Assembly: GCF_004010195.1 (NCBI RefSeq)
Contig: NC_057711.1
Coordinates: forward strand, 72,327,191-72,391,135
Source: Chiloscyllium plagiosum
Lineage: Eukaryota
Direction: 5' to 3'
DNA length: 63,945 bases
The position numbers and the translations under genes are program-made. Each line of letters opens with the position of its first letter. Position 1 is the first letter of the stretch. The notes under the pieces were generated by a model that was given only the letters and a program-made list of their open reading frames with translations, had not been told where the DNA came from and ran no database searches. Shown here piece after piece: positions 1 to 13,797 of this stretch.

Positions 1-59
1 ACGTAGATCAGACTAGGGAACGATGGAAAATTTTTTATAATGGATTTTAGTGTACCAGA

Positions 60-275
60 TGAGATTTTCCAATTGGGAACAACTTTCAATTCCAGATTTT
101 ATTAACTGAATTTAAATTTCACCAAATTTGAAAGTCTGTCTCCAGAGCATTAACCTATTTTAACCTATTTTTCTAATTGTCCTGTTCAGAGATGTTATTA
201 CACACCTCTGGAGCAAGTGGAACCTGGGGTGTGGACAAGACCAGTAAGTAGGCTGGGCCTCTGGATTACCAGCAA
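60..275 (-). mobile_element. Degraded Deu-domain SINE 5' part, with a short different SINE-like fragment inside (~175-235)
   Basis: aattccagattttattaactgaatttaaatttcacca...gggcctctggattacc is the reverse complement of the head/body of the SINE at 50161-50500. Confidence 0.5.
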
Positions 276-1619
276 CTAACACAGATTAACATCAATTACC
301 CAAATCAGACAATCACTTTGCATGTAAAATTGTATTTTTACAATTTTGATCATTTTACTAATAGGTCTAGTTCCACAAGTTTGTATGAGACATTTTTATC
401 CTCCAATTGAAAGAGTTTCTGCTCTTAATTGTATCCGAGACTCCACCCTTAGAGTATTCTCTAATATTAAAGTGAATTAGGGATCCACAGTGACATGCCC
501 AGCCCTTTATTTTCCTGCCACCCCACACATCATCACAACAGGCCTGGAAAAAATTCAGCCCATTGATTTCAACTGAAGTATGGCTGTATATAGAGCACAC
601 TAGTCACTTATTGCAAGGCATGCATTAGGAACAGTAGCGTATTTCATAAATCAAATATTCTGTGTGCAAAATCCACACTTTTCTAAAATGTTTTTATTTG
701 TTTTTACTATGTCTAAAATGCTAAATGAGTGTGGTGGAAAGATTTTACAAATTGTCTATTTTTAGATGTGGTTTATACAAATCTTGATCCAAGAATAATC
801 CTGATCCAGTCATAACATTTCCTGACAAACTAGCTGTGCATTTATCAGGAATCAACAGCATAATCAAATTCCCTGGAGTTAACAAACTGCTACCACTTCC
901 CAATTTGTTCCTGATACAGCTAATTCTGGTGTAAACCAGTCTTGTTTTATATATAACTCTAGTTGTAAGTACTTTGACGGCCCAAATCATGTAAGAATAT
1001 TCCACTGTAATTGTATCTTCACTACATTTTCCACTAGCGCCCCATACCTTTTTTCTTTCAGTTAGTGGATAGCAGTAGGGAGTGGACCATTTTGCTGAGT
1101 TCAGTTTAGGCAATGCAATCCAGTAACAACTTACATCCCGAGTTACTTCACAGGACCATAATCAAGCACAGAATAAAGATGGGATTATTATGTCAGTTAA
1201 CTAAAAGGTTGCTTAAAGAAATCATTTCAATGAGGTTTAATCAACAAGATTGAGATGTAAAGGTTGAACAGCTGAAGGGGTTTATTCAAGAATTTGGGAC
1301 CTAAATGTGTCAATGTGACACATGCGGTTAGCTATATGAAGAAAATGTGTTGAGGGATGTGGGATATGAGGGTGGTGTCGGAGGAATGCAGAATTCCTTA
1401 AGAGTTGTCTCCACTTCACATGTGCTTTCACTAGTAAAAAGTACACAGAGCAATCAAGAGTCGGAATCTTGCTGAATTTGTTTTCTCCTGCTTAATCCAG
1501 GAATGCTGCAATCTATCAAGCTTTACCGCTGCCTCAGCTAAGAAGATTTGCTTCAAGATAGGGATTTTTCTGACTTGTGTGGCTCAATAACGCATCATAT
1601 GGTGGATTTGTTTAATTAG

Positions 1620-2075
1620 CTAATACCTGGAATGAGCAGAATGTCTTATGAGGAAAGGCTAGACAAGCACTGCCTGTAGCCTTTGGAGTTTAGAAGAAAT
1701 GTGACTTCATTGAAACACACATCCTGAGGAGACTTGGCTGAGTGGATGACAAATTCTTGTTTCTTTTTGTGGGAGAAATTAGAACCAGGGGTCATGGTTT
1801 AAAAATTAGGATTTGCCCATTCAAGACATGGTTGATGGAAAAAACATTTGCTCAGGGGGTAGTGAGTCTTTGGAATTTCTTGCTCAAAACACTGAATCTT
1901 TAAATATTTTTAAGGCAGAGATGGATAGATTTATGATTACCAAGAGGATGAAAGATTATTGGGGTTATGGAGGAATGCAAACCTGAGTTTAAAATCAGAT
2001 CAGCCATGATCTCATTGAATGGGAAAGCAGGCTTGAGGGGTGGAGTGGCCTAATCTTATTCCTTGTTTGTTTGTT
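1620..2075 (+). mobile_element. CR1-type LINE 3' fragment (end of RT ORF plus 3' UTR)
   Basis: Decayed LSYEERL...LEFRR coding motif, then gatcagccatgatctcattgaatgg...ggcttgagggg...tggcct tail and a tgtt repeat. Confidence 0.85.
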
Positions 2076-4240
2076 CATATTTACATAGTTCACAGAATAA
2101 ACCATATGGGTATTTCCTTTAAAATCAAAAAACATAAAATAAGTGCCTGGGATATGGTGGCAAAATATGATCTAGTCACCAAAATGTTGTAACTTAGACC
2201 TTGTATTGAATAGTTGTAGCAGCTGGAATTATGTGAAAAGCAAAGTGCTGGATAAAGACAGTCATGAAATGCCAGGTGAGAGGACAGAAAGTCAATAGGG
2301 AAAGAATTGGTTGCAAACCAAATCACAACAATCTATTACAACTTGGACCATTAGTGATTTTTTTCCAACAATTACTTTCACTGGAATTAATTATCACTAT
2401 ACAGGCTATAATATCATATATATAATTTGTTTGGCACGTTGTCAATGTTATTTTTAATGATTTCCAAATGTTCTGAATAGTAAAAACACAGTAACATCTT
2501 GGAACAATCTTGCCCGTTAATCCCCTTTTTCAGTAGAGTACATAACCTGTCAGCTGCATTCATGCGCTTTGAAGGTTTATTAGATGTAAGGATCAAAGAC
2601 TTCCTGTGCACCTACCTCTATTACTATGCAGCCATCCAAATAACTGAATTGTGTAATGTTCATCCTTCAGTTAAAAATGACAGAATAGTATGTTTATATA
2701 GAATTACAAGACAGAATTTTGTAGGCCTCGTGGAAGTGGATCCAGATGCGTGTGTGTGGTGGGGAAGTCTCAGAAAATGATATGGTGTTGGAATCCCAAT
2801 GTCTTCCTGCCCTCTTCCTGCTTTTTGACAGTAAGTATGGAATCCTGTAGTGAACACTTCTTACTCTGGCGGGAAAGCACTTGAGGTGATTGAAAAGGCA
2901 CCTGAGACTCCTTTAACCATTAGTTCCTTCTCTTTCAAAATTGTACAGATGTGTCAGCTTCTCACCTGTGCTATTGTGAAACATGCAAAGAATTAAAATC
3001 TTCAGTATGTTACTAATGCGAGGTTTTATAAGGTGGCTCTATTCTCTAAAGTAAATTGGAGTCATGAAGAGAGGCATGTGATTTACTGAGTTCTGTCCAG
3101 CAACAAACCTGGGTGACTTGGTTAATACCAGGATCAGGGGCTCGGGTTGAGTGCTGTTGAAATGCATTTGCCAGCTTCAACATCAGAAAGCAGGCAGAAG
3201 CAAATAGGTTTATTACTGCAGACTTTCTGGCCTGAAAGTTTGCTCAGAAGGAGAGAATTTTTGACTTAGTTAAAATGACATGAGGGGCTCAAACCCAAAA
3301 GGCCTACTCTCAAACCCAGGCCATACCATGCTCAAAGGATAGGGGAGCTGCGTGGTGGGTTATACTTTGTCCATTTGTTGTTCTTGGGGGTAACTGCACA
3401 TATGAAATCATAACTACTTTCACTCTGAATTGCTTCTCACAAGGAGGAAGTGTCAATTATAACTTTAAACCTAATAGAAGATGATCTAAATGTATTGGAA
3501 TTGTTTGGAGAGTTAGAGTATCTTTTTCGTGTGGTAAGGTATCCTTTTGGTTAGGTCTAGGGACACTTTAGAAAGCGGTCAGAAGCTATTTGGAAAAGAG
3601 CAAGAGATTCAATTTGGAGATTCAATTGTCCTTTGGGACTTTTAAAAGTAGATGTAAATGTAAGCAAAGTACCCTCATTGGAAATGTCAAGCAAGCAGTG
3701 AAGCGGTCCAGGCATTTAAAACTGTTGCCCTTTAAATATTGGCTGCACATGGGCAGATTTCAGGGAGGCGTGGTGGGGGAAGAATAAGAGAGAGGGGGAT
3801 GGTAAGAGATTGGGACTAGGGCAGGGGAGGTGAGGTAGCAGTTTGTGAACACAGGAAGTGGGAGAGTGGAGATTGGGCTCTGGGAGAGAACCAGCAGAAA
3901 ATCAGGGGTGGTGGGGGTGAAGATAGGGGGAGCAAGGAAGGGAGACAGAGGGAGAGAGCTCTTCTTGGCTCCTGGGCTGTCTTTGTCCCTCCCTCAGCCC
4001 ACTTCCAGCTCTCAAGCTCTCCTTTTCTTCCCTTCTCAGTCTAGGGGACATGCCCCATCCTGTGCATCCACTCCCCAACACTGAAGTCCAGTTCAAAATC
4101 CCATGTGCTTCCCTGTGCATGTAATGCATTTGTGCATGAAGTCATACATAACATCTATGTTTTGATGTCACTGTTTGAAACTGTTGGTTCCCAAATGAGC
4201 ACACAAACATAGTCAGCATACACTGCCTTAAGCGTGTGAA

Positions 4241-4325
4241 GGAACAGAAGAACATAGGAACTAGGAGGAGGAGTAAGCCATTCAGCCTCTCAAACCTGTC
4301 CCACCATTTTATAAGATCATGGTTA
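4241..4325 (-). mobile_element. Very short CR1 3' tail
   Basis: gaacataggaactaggaggaggagtaagccattcagcc...gatcatgg, the reverse complement of the CR1 tail seen at 1995-2075. Confidence 0.7.
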
Positions 4326-5160
4326 ATCTGACTCAGATCTCTATAAGACCATACAATATAGGAACAGAATTAGGCTATTTGGCCAATTGAGTCTGCTCTG
4401 TTATTCAATTATGGCTGACATGTTTCTCAACCCCATTCTTATGCGTTATCCTGGTAACCCTTGATCGCTGTAACCTTTGACCCCTGTACTAATCAACAAC
4501 CTATTTACCTCTATCTTAAATAGATGCAATAACTTGTTATCTGCAGCAGTCGGTTCCACAGATTCATCACCCAATGGCTTATGAAATTCCTCCTTATCTC
4601 AGTTCTAAATGGTAGTCCCTACATCCTGCGCTCCCCAGTCCTAGTATTTCCTACTAGTGGAAACATTTTCTTCATGTCTACTCTATCCAGGCTTCACAAT
4701 ATTCTGTAAGTTTCAATCAGGTCTCCCTCTCATCCTTCTAAACTCCATCGAGTACAGGCCCAGAGTCCTCAACCACTCCTCATATGATAAGCCCTACATC
4801 TCTGGGATAATTCTTGTAAACCTCCCTTAAATACAGAATAGAAAACTAATCACAATATTCCAAATGCGGTCTGATCAGTGCCTTATACAGTACATCTCTG
4901 CTCATGTATTCTAGCCCTTTTGAAATGAATGCTAATATTGCATTTGCTTTTGAAACTGTCAACTGAACCTGCATGTTACCCTTAAGAGAATCCTGAACTA
5001 GGGCTCCCAACTCTCTTTGTGCTTCATATTTCTGAAGCCTTTCCCCATTTAGAAAATAGTCAACACCTGTATTCTTCCTACCAAGGCACATAACCATATT
5101 GTATTCCATCTGCCATTTCTTTGCCCACTCTCCCAGCCTGTCCATGTCCTTCTGCAGCAA

Positions 5161-5798
5161 TTCAAATAAGATGGCAACGGGGCGGGATACTTCAGCTCGT
5201 CTACTCCATTTCTTTCCCTTTTTTTGCTCTGTTGCTGTTCCTTTTCTTCTCCTCTCCCCCCGTGGACGTCAGCAGGGACCCTGAGAGGTGTCCCGATGGC
5301 TCGTGGTGGTCTTTCAGCCCAGTGTGGTGGTCTTGTGAGTGAGTCCTGTCCGTGTATGTTCCAGAGGCAGCACGAGGAGATTGGGGAGGCAGCAGCAGTA
5401 CTATCGATGGTATTGCGGCCCAACGCAGGAATAGCGAGCGATGAGAAAGGACGCCTGGAACCTACAGCAGTGGCATCAGGAACAGGCAGCTGTGGTCTTC
5501 TGGAGAGTGAGCTAAGCTGAGGACTCATCAAACTTGAACTTTTAACTTTATTCCTTTTAGTTTTTATAGTTTATATTTAATAAGGACGTAATATTAACTG
5601 TTACCTTATTTCTTTATTTTTCTATTTATTTTATGAAATTAATAATCAACGTTTTTAAACTTTGTTTCTTTTACTATTTTGTCCCTAAGGTTTTTGTACC
5701 TAGACACCTTTGTACCTAAGATGGTGCTGTATGAGGCAATATTATACACTTTTCACTGTACTCCTGTATTTTTGTGCTTGAGTACATGTCACAGTAAA
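5161..5798 (+). mobile_element. Non-coding retroelement with Rex1/Babar-like ends
   Basis: 5' aagatggc motif, GC-rich body, T-rich spacer, 3' cttttcactgta...tacatgtcacagtaaa; related copies at 8385, 23170 and 45365. Confidence 0.55.
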
Positions 5799-6049
5799 AG
5801 ATTTATAAGGATGTTGCCAGGGTTGGAGGATTTGAGCTATAGGGAGAGGCTGAACAGACTGGGGCTGTTTTCCCTGGAGCGTCAGAAGCTGTGGGGTGAT
5901 CTTATAGAGGTTTACAAAATTATGAGGGGCATGGATAGGGTAAATAGGCAAAGTCTTTTCCCTGGGTGCTGGCAGATGGGACTAGATTGGGTTGGGATAT
6001 CTGGTCGGCATGGATGAGTTGAACCGAAGATGCTGTACATCTCTATGAC
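5799..6049 (+). mobile_element. CR1/HER1-like LINE 3' fragment with internal deletion
   Basis: RFIRMLPGLEDLSYRERLNRLGLFSLERQKLWGDLIEVYKIMRGMDRVN followed by the tgctgtacatctctatgact tail. Confidence 0.9.
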
Positions 6050-6821
6050 TTCCTCAAAACTGTCCCTCCACCTACCTTTGTGTCATCTTCAAGCTTAGCA
6101 ACAATGCTCTTAGTCCAGATCATTAATGTATAACATGAATAGTTGTTATCCCCAATACTGGTCCTAGCAGAACTCCACTAGTCACTGGCTGCCTGTCCTG
6201 AGAAAGACTCCTTTATCCCCACACTCTGCTTTCTGCCATTCAGCCAATCCTCTATTAATGCCAGTACCTGCCACTAACACCATGGGCTCTTTTCTTATTT
6301 TGCAACACCCTGTGCGGCACCTTGTCAAAGGCCTTCTGGAAATCCAAATTGATCAGATCCACTGGCTCTCCCTTGTCTAACTCGCTCATTACCTCCTCAA
6401 AGAATTCTAACAGCTTTGTTAGGCATGACCTCCCTTGATGAAGCCACACTAGCTCCACTTTATTTTACCGTGCACTTCCAAGTACTCCGCCATCTGATCC
6501 TCAACAATGGACTCTAAAATCTTACTAATAACTGAGGTCAGGTTAACCAGCCTTTAGTCTTCTGCCTCACTCCCTTCTTAAACAGGAATGTTACTTTGCC
6601 ATTTTCCAGTCCTCTGTGACCTTTCCTGAATCCTGTGATTCCTGAAAGATCACCATCAATCCTTTTGTAATTTCCTCAGCTATCTCCTTCAGAAATCTGA
6701 AGTGTAGTCTATCTGGTCTGTGATTTATCCACCTTCAGACTTTTCAGCTTCTCCCAGCACCATCCTCTTAGTGATGGCTACTACACTAATCCCTATTTTG
6801 TAAATAACATTTGTTTTGCTA

Positions 6822-7281
6822 CGGTGTAAGGACTGTAACAAACACGACATTGGACAAACAGGCAAAAAACTAGCCACCAGGATACTGAACATCAACTAGT
6901 CACAAAACGCCATGATCCTCTCTCACTAGTACCCTTACGTACAGATGAGGAAGGACACCACTTTGACTAGGACAACACATCCATTATAAGACAAGCCAAA
7001 CAGAGACCCGCATGAGAATTCCTTGAAGCATGGCATTCCAACCGGAACTCTATCAATAAACGCATCGAGTTAGACCCCATCTACCATCCCCTGAGAAAAA
7101 GAACAGGAAATGAAATCACCATAGGAAATGGTGTCACCACAGGAAATGAAATCAACAACCCAAAGAAACCCAAACAGAAACGTAGAAAGCAGGAACGATC
7201 AACAGTGCTTCGACTGGAGGCCCACTGAAGATGTTACCTAGTAGAGTGACAAACCTTCCAGCTCAGCGAGCAAACCTACAA
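6822..7281 (+). mobile_element. Penelope-like element 3' fragment (GIY-YIG endonuclease plus terminal repeat; family C)
   Basis: Translates as CKDCNKHDIGQTGKKLATRILEHQLVTKRHD...; terminal cactgaagatgttacctagtagagtgac is an HHR core with the GAAA half deleted. Confidence 0.85.
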
Positions 7282-8384
7282 CCATCATTTCCCATTGTCA
7301 GCCAGGGTTGCTTCATCCTTCCCTTAGTGTGCTTCCTTTTCTCTTGAAATGAATTTCTGCTGTGACTCAATTCCATTTTTGTGCCATTTCCCATCACCCT
7401 CAACTCTTTGACATTTCAAAAGTTTCCTCCGTTTTTTTTTCTTTCAATGCTTTCAGTGATCCAACCTCCTCAGATTTCCAGGTAAATTATTCCAGATATT
7501 AACACCCCTATTATTCTTAGATGATTGCTCATCTCCATACTTGATATCTTTGTTTATTAAAAAAAAGACACACCTCCTTTTGTTTTTTTGCCTATTTTTC
7601 TGGACCGTTGAATTCCCATTAATATCGAAGTCCCAGTCCTGGTCTGCCTGCAGCCATGTCTCTCCAATAGTTATATTTATTTATTATTATTATTTTGCTG
7701 TCAATACATCTGCCTTGTTACAAATGCTGCTGCCGTGAAGGAAAAGATCAGATCTTGCTATTTGAAGAGTTATCATTATGGGATTAATGCTGTATGACTG
7801 ATTTTACAACCCATCGTAATCACAGTGGGATGCCTGTCTATTAGGTTTAGTGGAGCAGGAATTCTCTCGTCTCTGCATTTTCAACCTAAGAGTAAAACTC
7901 AAGAATTTGAAAAGTAATTGAGAGATATGGAACTGGGAAGATACATAGAAATAACGGCAGCAGCTCACAGTGGGGAAAAGATTGCTCTTGATTAGTTACC
8001 AGAGGGTACATTGATGCCAGTTAGTTCTCTAGTTGAGGGCAGGAATCTGTCAGGAATTGAAGACTGCTGAAAGCTATCATCCTTCTATGGCTAAAGCAAG
8101 GAATCAGAGGACTGACCTGTGCTAGTGGTAGTTAGGTTGGGATTTCTGTCACTGGGAATTTAAATTCCTTTTTAAAAGTTATCAGTTTAAATGGGCATCA
8201 TAACAAGTGAAACCAATGAGCAATAAACATTTTAATCATCTACCTTGAAGAATTTCAGCAATAATCAATGAGAGTCCACTATTGAAAGAGCTTTTCTCAC
8301 AGATGGTCATCACTGCTTGTACTTCACCCTTTTGCACCTCAGCAATCTTCAGTTGCACTTCCTTGTAACCATCCTTCATCATGA

Positions 8385-8850
8385 TATGGGGGCGGCCTGC
8401 GCAGCTCCAAAATGGCCTGGACCCCTTTCAACAGCTGGGTTCAGCGGCATCAGTCTAGGTCTCATTCTGGTGGCTTCAGTCAGTCTCAAACTCCATGTGA
8501 TGTTTTCTTCGGCAACGTGGTGGGTCTGGCCTGGGATTCCAATGGGAGTCGGGTCCGTGAGCCCAGAGCTTTGAAATGGACTAAATGGATTTTATCTTAA
8601 ATTTTCATTTTCTTTTTCTTTTTTTAATATATTAATGTGAAAGTACTGTTATTCTGAACTTGTTATTTAATTATTTTCTAACTTACACCGTGGTTTTGTA
8701 CTTTTAAAAGTCCATAATGCTGGACTTCTAATTTCTTTAATTTTTACATTTTTCTTTTTAAGAATTTGTACTCAAGAATTTGTACCTAGGTACCTTTGTA
8801 CCTAAGATGCCATCATAAGTAGCGACTTGTAAGCTTTCAATGTGACAATT
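8385..8850 (+). mobile_element. Non-coding retroelement, same family as 5161-5798 (5' truncated)
   Basis: Shares tttgtacctag..cacc/tacctttgtacctaagatg and a gctttc...tgtgacaat end. Confidence 0.55.
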
Positions 8851-9636
8851 GGGCACCAGATTCCAGCTGGGAAGGAGGTGAGATCATCAGCACAATATTA
8901 CAGCTGTCTTGATCAGCTCTCTTGACATTCATAAGTAGCAGTGTCTCAGAAGGCTCAGGGTCTCAGATCAGATTGCTGTGGACTGAGGCATTTTCCTAAA
9001 TTTCACCTCTTTCCCAGTGCAGCGGATCGACATGCCAGCATTGCCAGTGTTTGAGAAGCTACCCATTACTGAAGGAACCCAACTGCACCCTGGGTCCCTC
9101 CCGCCTGCCCAGTTGTGTGCTCGATCGCTTGTGATGGGGCAGAATTCCAAAATACCATTGTTAACTTTTAACTCCAAAGTGTGTTTTTTATTAAAGAAGT
9201 CTGCCACTGCCAAAACAAATGACTATAGCTGAAAATTCTGTCACTATCTGCCAAAGTACTTTGAAGGACATGGAATGTTGTATCTGTAGATTGTCATGGA
9301 AACTTTAAACAGATAGAGACATGTAACAGAAGGCTGTCTATTTTCCACACTGTGCAGAAATCCACCATTGACAGAAGCCTTGTGTTTTGGCCTTCCAGGA
9401 TCATAGAGAATAAAAAGAAAACAATTGTACCACTGATCTGAGCGTGTCAATGGCTTAATATGTGGCCTGATATGTTGGGAGGGACACAGCCTGAGAAAAG
9501 GAATTTTAAAACCCCTGCACTGCAGGTAAAAGAAATTGGAAAAATCACTTTCTCAGTGTGTGGGCTCCAGTCAGCCACTGCCAAAAGGTATCAGGGTGAA
9601 AGAATCAGGATTAAATATAGGAGTTGGAACATTATG

Positions 9637-10800
9637 TCATAGAACATAGAACATTACAACGCAGTACAGGCCCTTCGGTCCCCGATGTTACGCCGACCTG
9701 TGGAATCAGTCTGAAGCCAGTCTACCCTACACTGTTCCATTTTCATCCATATGCCTATCCAATGACCATGTAAATGCCCTTAAAGTTGGTGACTCTACTA
9801 CTGTTGCAGGCAATGCGTTCTACACTCCTACTACTCTGTGAGTAGAGAAACTACCTCTGACATCTGTCCTATGTCTATCACCCCTCAATTTAAAGCTGTG
9901 TCCCCTCATGCTAACCGTCACCATCCAAGGAAAAAGGCTCTCACTGTCCACCCTATCTAACCCTCTGATTATCTTATACGTCTCAATTAAGTCACCTTGC
10001 AGCTTTCTTCTCTGTAATGAAAATAGCCTCACGTCCGTCAGCTTTTCCTCATAAGACCTTCCCTCCATACCAGGCAACATCCTAGTAAATCACTTCTGAA
10101 CCCTTTCCAAAGCTTCCACATCCTTCCTACAATGCTGTGACCAGAACTGTATGCAATACTCCAAGTGGGGCCACACCAGAGTTTTGTACAGCTGTAGCAT
10201 GACCTTGTGGCTTCAAAACTCAATCCCTCTACCAATAAAAGCTAACACACTGTATGCCTTCTTAGCAGTCCTATCAATCTGGGTGACAACTTTCAGGGAT
10301 TTAAATACACGGACACTGAGATCTCTGCTCATCTACACCGCCAAGAAACTTACCATTAGTCCAGTACTCTGTGTTCCTGTTGCTCCTTCCAATGTGAATC
10401 ACCTCACATATTTCTGCATTAAACTCCATTTGCTACCTCTCAGCCCAGCTCTGCACTTTAACTATGTCCCTTTATAACCTGCAATATCCTTCAGCACTAT
10501 CCACAACTCCACCAACCTTTGTGTCATTTGCAAATTTACTAACCCATCCTACTACGCCCCCATCCAGGTCATTTATAAAAATGACAAACAGCAGTGGACC
10601 CAAAACGGATTCTTGCGGTACCCCCTTAGTATCTGAACTTCAGGATGAACATTTCCCACCAACAACCACCCTCCGTATTCTTTCCGCTAGCTAATTTCTG
10701 ATCCAAACCACTAAATCACCCTCAATCCCATGTCTCCGTATTTTGTGCAGTAGCCTACCATGGGGAACCTTATCAAATGCCTTACAGAAATCCATATACA
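9637..10800 (-). mobile_element. CR1 LINE 3' portion (RT)
   Basis: ORF 9820-10080 (MLPGMEGRSYEEKL...FSLQRRKLQGDLIETYKIIRGLDRVD); (catagaa)n tail at ~9638-9655. Confidence 0.93.
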
Positions 10801-10877
10801 CTGAATCTGTGTGTATGTGTATTGTGTAATGCATTTAGTAATTAAGTAATTAATAAATATTTAGTAACTTAGTAATA

Positions 10878-11895
10878 GGGGTGCTGAGTTGGAGAGTTGG
10901 ATCTGGGATGGGGTGGGGGAAGGGGAGATAAAGAAACTGGTGAAGTTGATGTTGATGCTATGTGGTTGGAGGGTCCCAATGCAGAAGATGGGGCATTCTT
11001 CCTCTAGTCATCTAGTGGCTTGGATTTGGCAGTGGAGGAAGCCCAGGACTTGCATGTCCTTGGGACAGTGGGAGGGGGAGTTGAAGTTGTTGGCCACAGG
11101 ATGGTAGGGTTCTTTGGTGTGTGCGTCCCAGAGATGTTCCCTGAAATGCTCTGTGAGTTGGCGTCCTGTCTCCCCAATGTTGAGGAGACCATATCAAGAG
11201 CAATGGGTATCTTGGATGAGGTGGGTGGATGTGTAGGAAATCTCCACCGGATGTGAAAAGATCCTTTGGGGCCTCGGATGGAGGAGAGGGGGATGTGAGG
11301 AAACAATGGAAGGTACCAGGTGTGGAGAGGTCAGACTTAACGAGGGAATCATGGATGGAATTGTCTCTGCGGAATGCAGATAGGGGTGGGGAGGGAAACA
11401 TATCCCTCGTGGTGGTGTCTGATTGTAAGTGGCAGAAATGGCAGAGAATAATGTGCTGTATCCAGAGATTGGTGGGGTGGAAGGTGAGGACTGGGTGTTT
11501 CTATCTTTGTTGAGGTTAGAGGGGTGGGGTTCAAGGGTAGAAGTGGGGGAAGTGGAGGGGAAGTGTTGGAGGGCGTCATTGACCATGTGGGAGGGGAAAT
11601 TGTGGTCCTTCAAATAGGAGGGCACCTGGGATGTCCTGGAATGAAATTGCTCCTTCTAGGAACAGATACAGCAGAGGCGGCAGAATTGGGAGTAAGAGAT
11701 CGTGTTTTTACAGGAGGGGAAGGGGTAAGAGGAGATATAGTCCAGGTAGATGTGGGAGTCAGTGGATTTGAAGTAGATATCCCTGTTGAGTTGGTCGCTG
11801 GAGAGGTCCAGGAATAGGAGGGCAGTGTCGGAAATGGTCACTTAAGGTCAGGGTGGAAAGTGTTTGTGAAGTTGATGAACTGTTCAATCTCCTCA
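10878..11895 (-). mobile_element. Penelope-like element RT C-terminus/GIY-YIG fragment (family A), decayed
   Basis: Minus-strand peptides FLDLS...IYFKSTDSHIYLDYISSYP...CKNTISYSQFCRL and FPSPPLSAFRRDNSIHDSLV; homologous to 58135-59127. Confidence 0.88.
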
Positions 11896-12123
11896 TGTCC
11901 ATCTTCCTTCCCACCTATCTGCTCCACCTTCCTCACTGACCTATCATAATTACTCCTCCACCTACGGCCTTCCCAGCTTCCTTACCTCCAGCCCCACTCC
12001 CACCCCTTTATTTATCTTACAGTCCCCTTCCCACTCCACATTCATGATGAATGACGTTTGCCCGAAATGTCGACTTTTCTGCTCCTTGGATGCTGCCTGA
12101 CCTGCTGTGCTTTCCCCGCACCA
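11896..12123 (+). mobile_element. Penelope terminal repeat (pLTR) inverted relative to the adjacent ORF fragment; decayed HHR core
   Basis: catgatgaatgacgtttgcccgaaatgtcgac followed by ctgctccttggatgctgcctgacctgctgtgc, shared with other family A copies. Confidence 0.8.
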
Positions 12124-13797
12124 TTATGGGCAAAAGGTATCAACAAGGGAGGTGATCCTCTCAAAATTTAACCTTGTTGTGACCAGTAGAACGGGTGAGT
12201 GAATAAATAAGAGGAGCCAGTCAATCCCTGCTGAGGGCAGGAGCTTGACATTTTGGGGTCTGGAATCTGGAACTGTAACAAATTGGGAAATTCACCCCAG
12301 ATCTGGCCATTACACTTGCAAGGAGAGAAAACAGAGACGTATATGAGTTCCTCATGGCTTTTGTGGCGAAAAAGGATGCTGGGTTTATACTAGGTCTCTG
12401 GAGCTGGAATATTACCACTTAGCAGAATCTCAGTGTAATGGTGGCCTGCCAGATGCCACTAACATCAAGTGTCAAGTTAAGGGCCACTCCTCATCTCTCG
12501 CCAGCATTTTAATCATGTGGGAGGTGCCACCACTACTGTATGGGCAATCCACCAGCTAAACCCAGGAGCCTTGTTCTAACGGTTCTGGGAGGTGGGCTCG
12601 CTTTATAATTACTCCATGATCCACACTGTGGCTCTGACTCCAGACCTGAAGAATGCAGGCACCCCATTCACGAGGATGCCTGCCTGCCTGTCCATAGAAT
12701 GGTGCATTTTAAAAAAAAATTACAGTCTTCAATGGCATCTCACTAGAGTTGCAAGTCTTCCTTCTTCCTGCAACCTCAGTCATGGCTATCTCTAGTGACT
12801 GTGCTCTTGGGGCTGATGGACCTTCTGTTCAGGCTAAAAACTCTGACAGACATGGCACCATCCTTAATGGATGTCACTGTTGTTGATGACAGCTTCTTAA
12901 CTGTCTGCTGACGGTAAAATGCCACTCAGTGTCTCACCTCCAACCCACAGGCTTCGATCTGGCAGTGCGCCACCTGGTGAGACTATTCCCTATGGGGAAC
13001 TGTACATTTTTGGAGGGTGTTGTCAGGCATAGATGTAAGAAAGATGCTAGCTTGGATGCTGCTATTTGGAAAGGGCTTTGAGGTGTCATCAGAAAGTGGA
13101 ATGAGTGGAATAAGTGCAAGGTGTATTGGTCCTGTGAGAAGAATGCTAAGAAAGACAGAGTTCAAGGCTTGGTGTGAAAACATTTAATGTCACTCACTCC
13201 TGAAAGGTCGGATGCTCATGGCGCATTATCTCTAGGCTGGAGGAGCTGAATTTGCTCTGAAATTCCTTGGCCATTTCCACCCATCCCTGGTTTGAAAGGT
13301 TATACTCTTCCTCTCATCCTGGGGGAATATCATCTCACTTTAGCTTCTCATGTCAGGATCTCCAGGTAAGAGTAAGACACCCAGCAGCAACCTACCCAGG
13401 TCACCTCTCTATTACTATGGTTGCTACAATCTCAAAAATCCAAGTGTTGGTGAGCCCTGGAAACCAAGGTTGTAGTTTCTTTTGGAATCCTTTCCTTTGA
13501 CAGAATGGGTGCATCATCTAGTCTAGTGCCTGTGTAGATTCTTTATAAGAGCTATTCAAAAAGATCTCCTTCCCTACTCTTTCTCATCATCTGTCCAATA
13601 TCACCTTTTCATATATTTATCTAGTTCTTCATTGAAAGTGTCTTTGGAACCTACTTCTATCATGTACAAGCAATGCATTCCAGGTCATAATTGATCAGTT
13701 ATCTTCCCCCATCTTCTCAGTGCCTTAAATATTGTCAAATATGTCATTTACCTATAATCACACTTTTACAAACATAGATAGTATCAAGAGCAAAGAT

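Larger units (their letters stand above)
4343..6790 (-). mobile_element. CR1 LINE RT region, split by insertions at 5161-6049
   Basis: ORF 4846-5160 (LQKDMDRLGEWAKKWQMEYN...LYKALIRPHLEYC) and ORF 6255-6458 (GRSCLTKLLEFFEEV...DFQKAFDKVPH) are collinear CR1 RT segments. Confidence 0.92.

Noticed and set aside
12200..13500. Possible old DNA transposon (Harbinger-like) sequence
   Set aside because: Composition is suggestive but I could not identify TIRs, a TSD or a peptide motif
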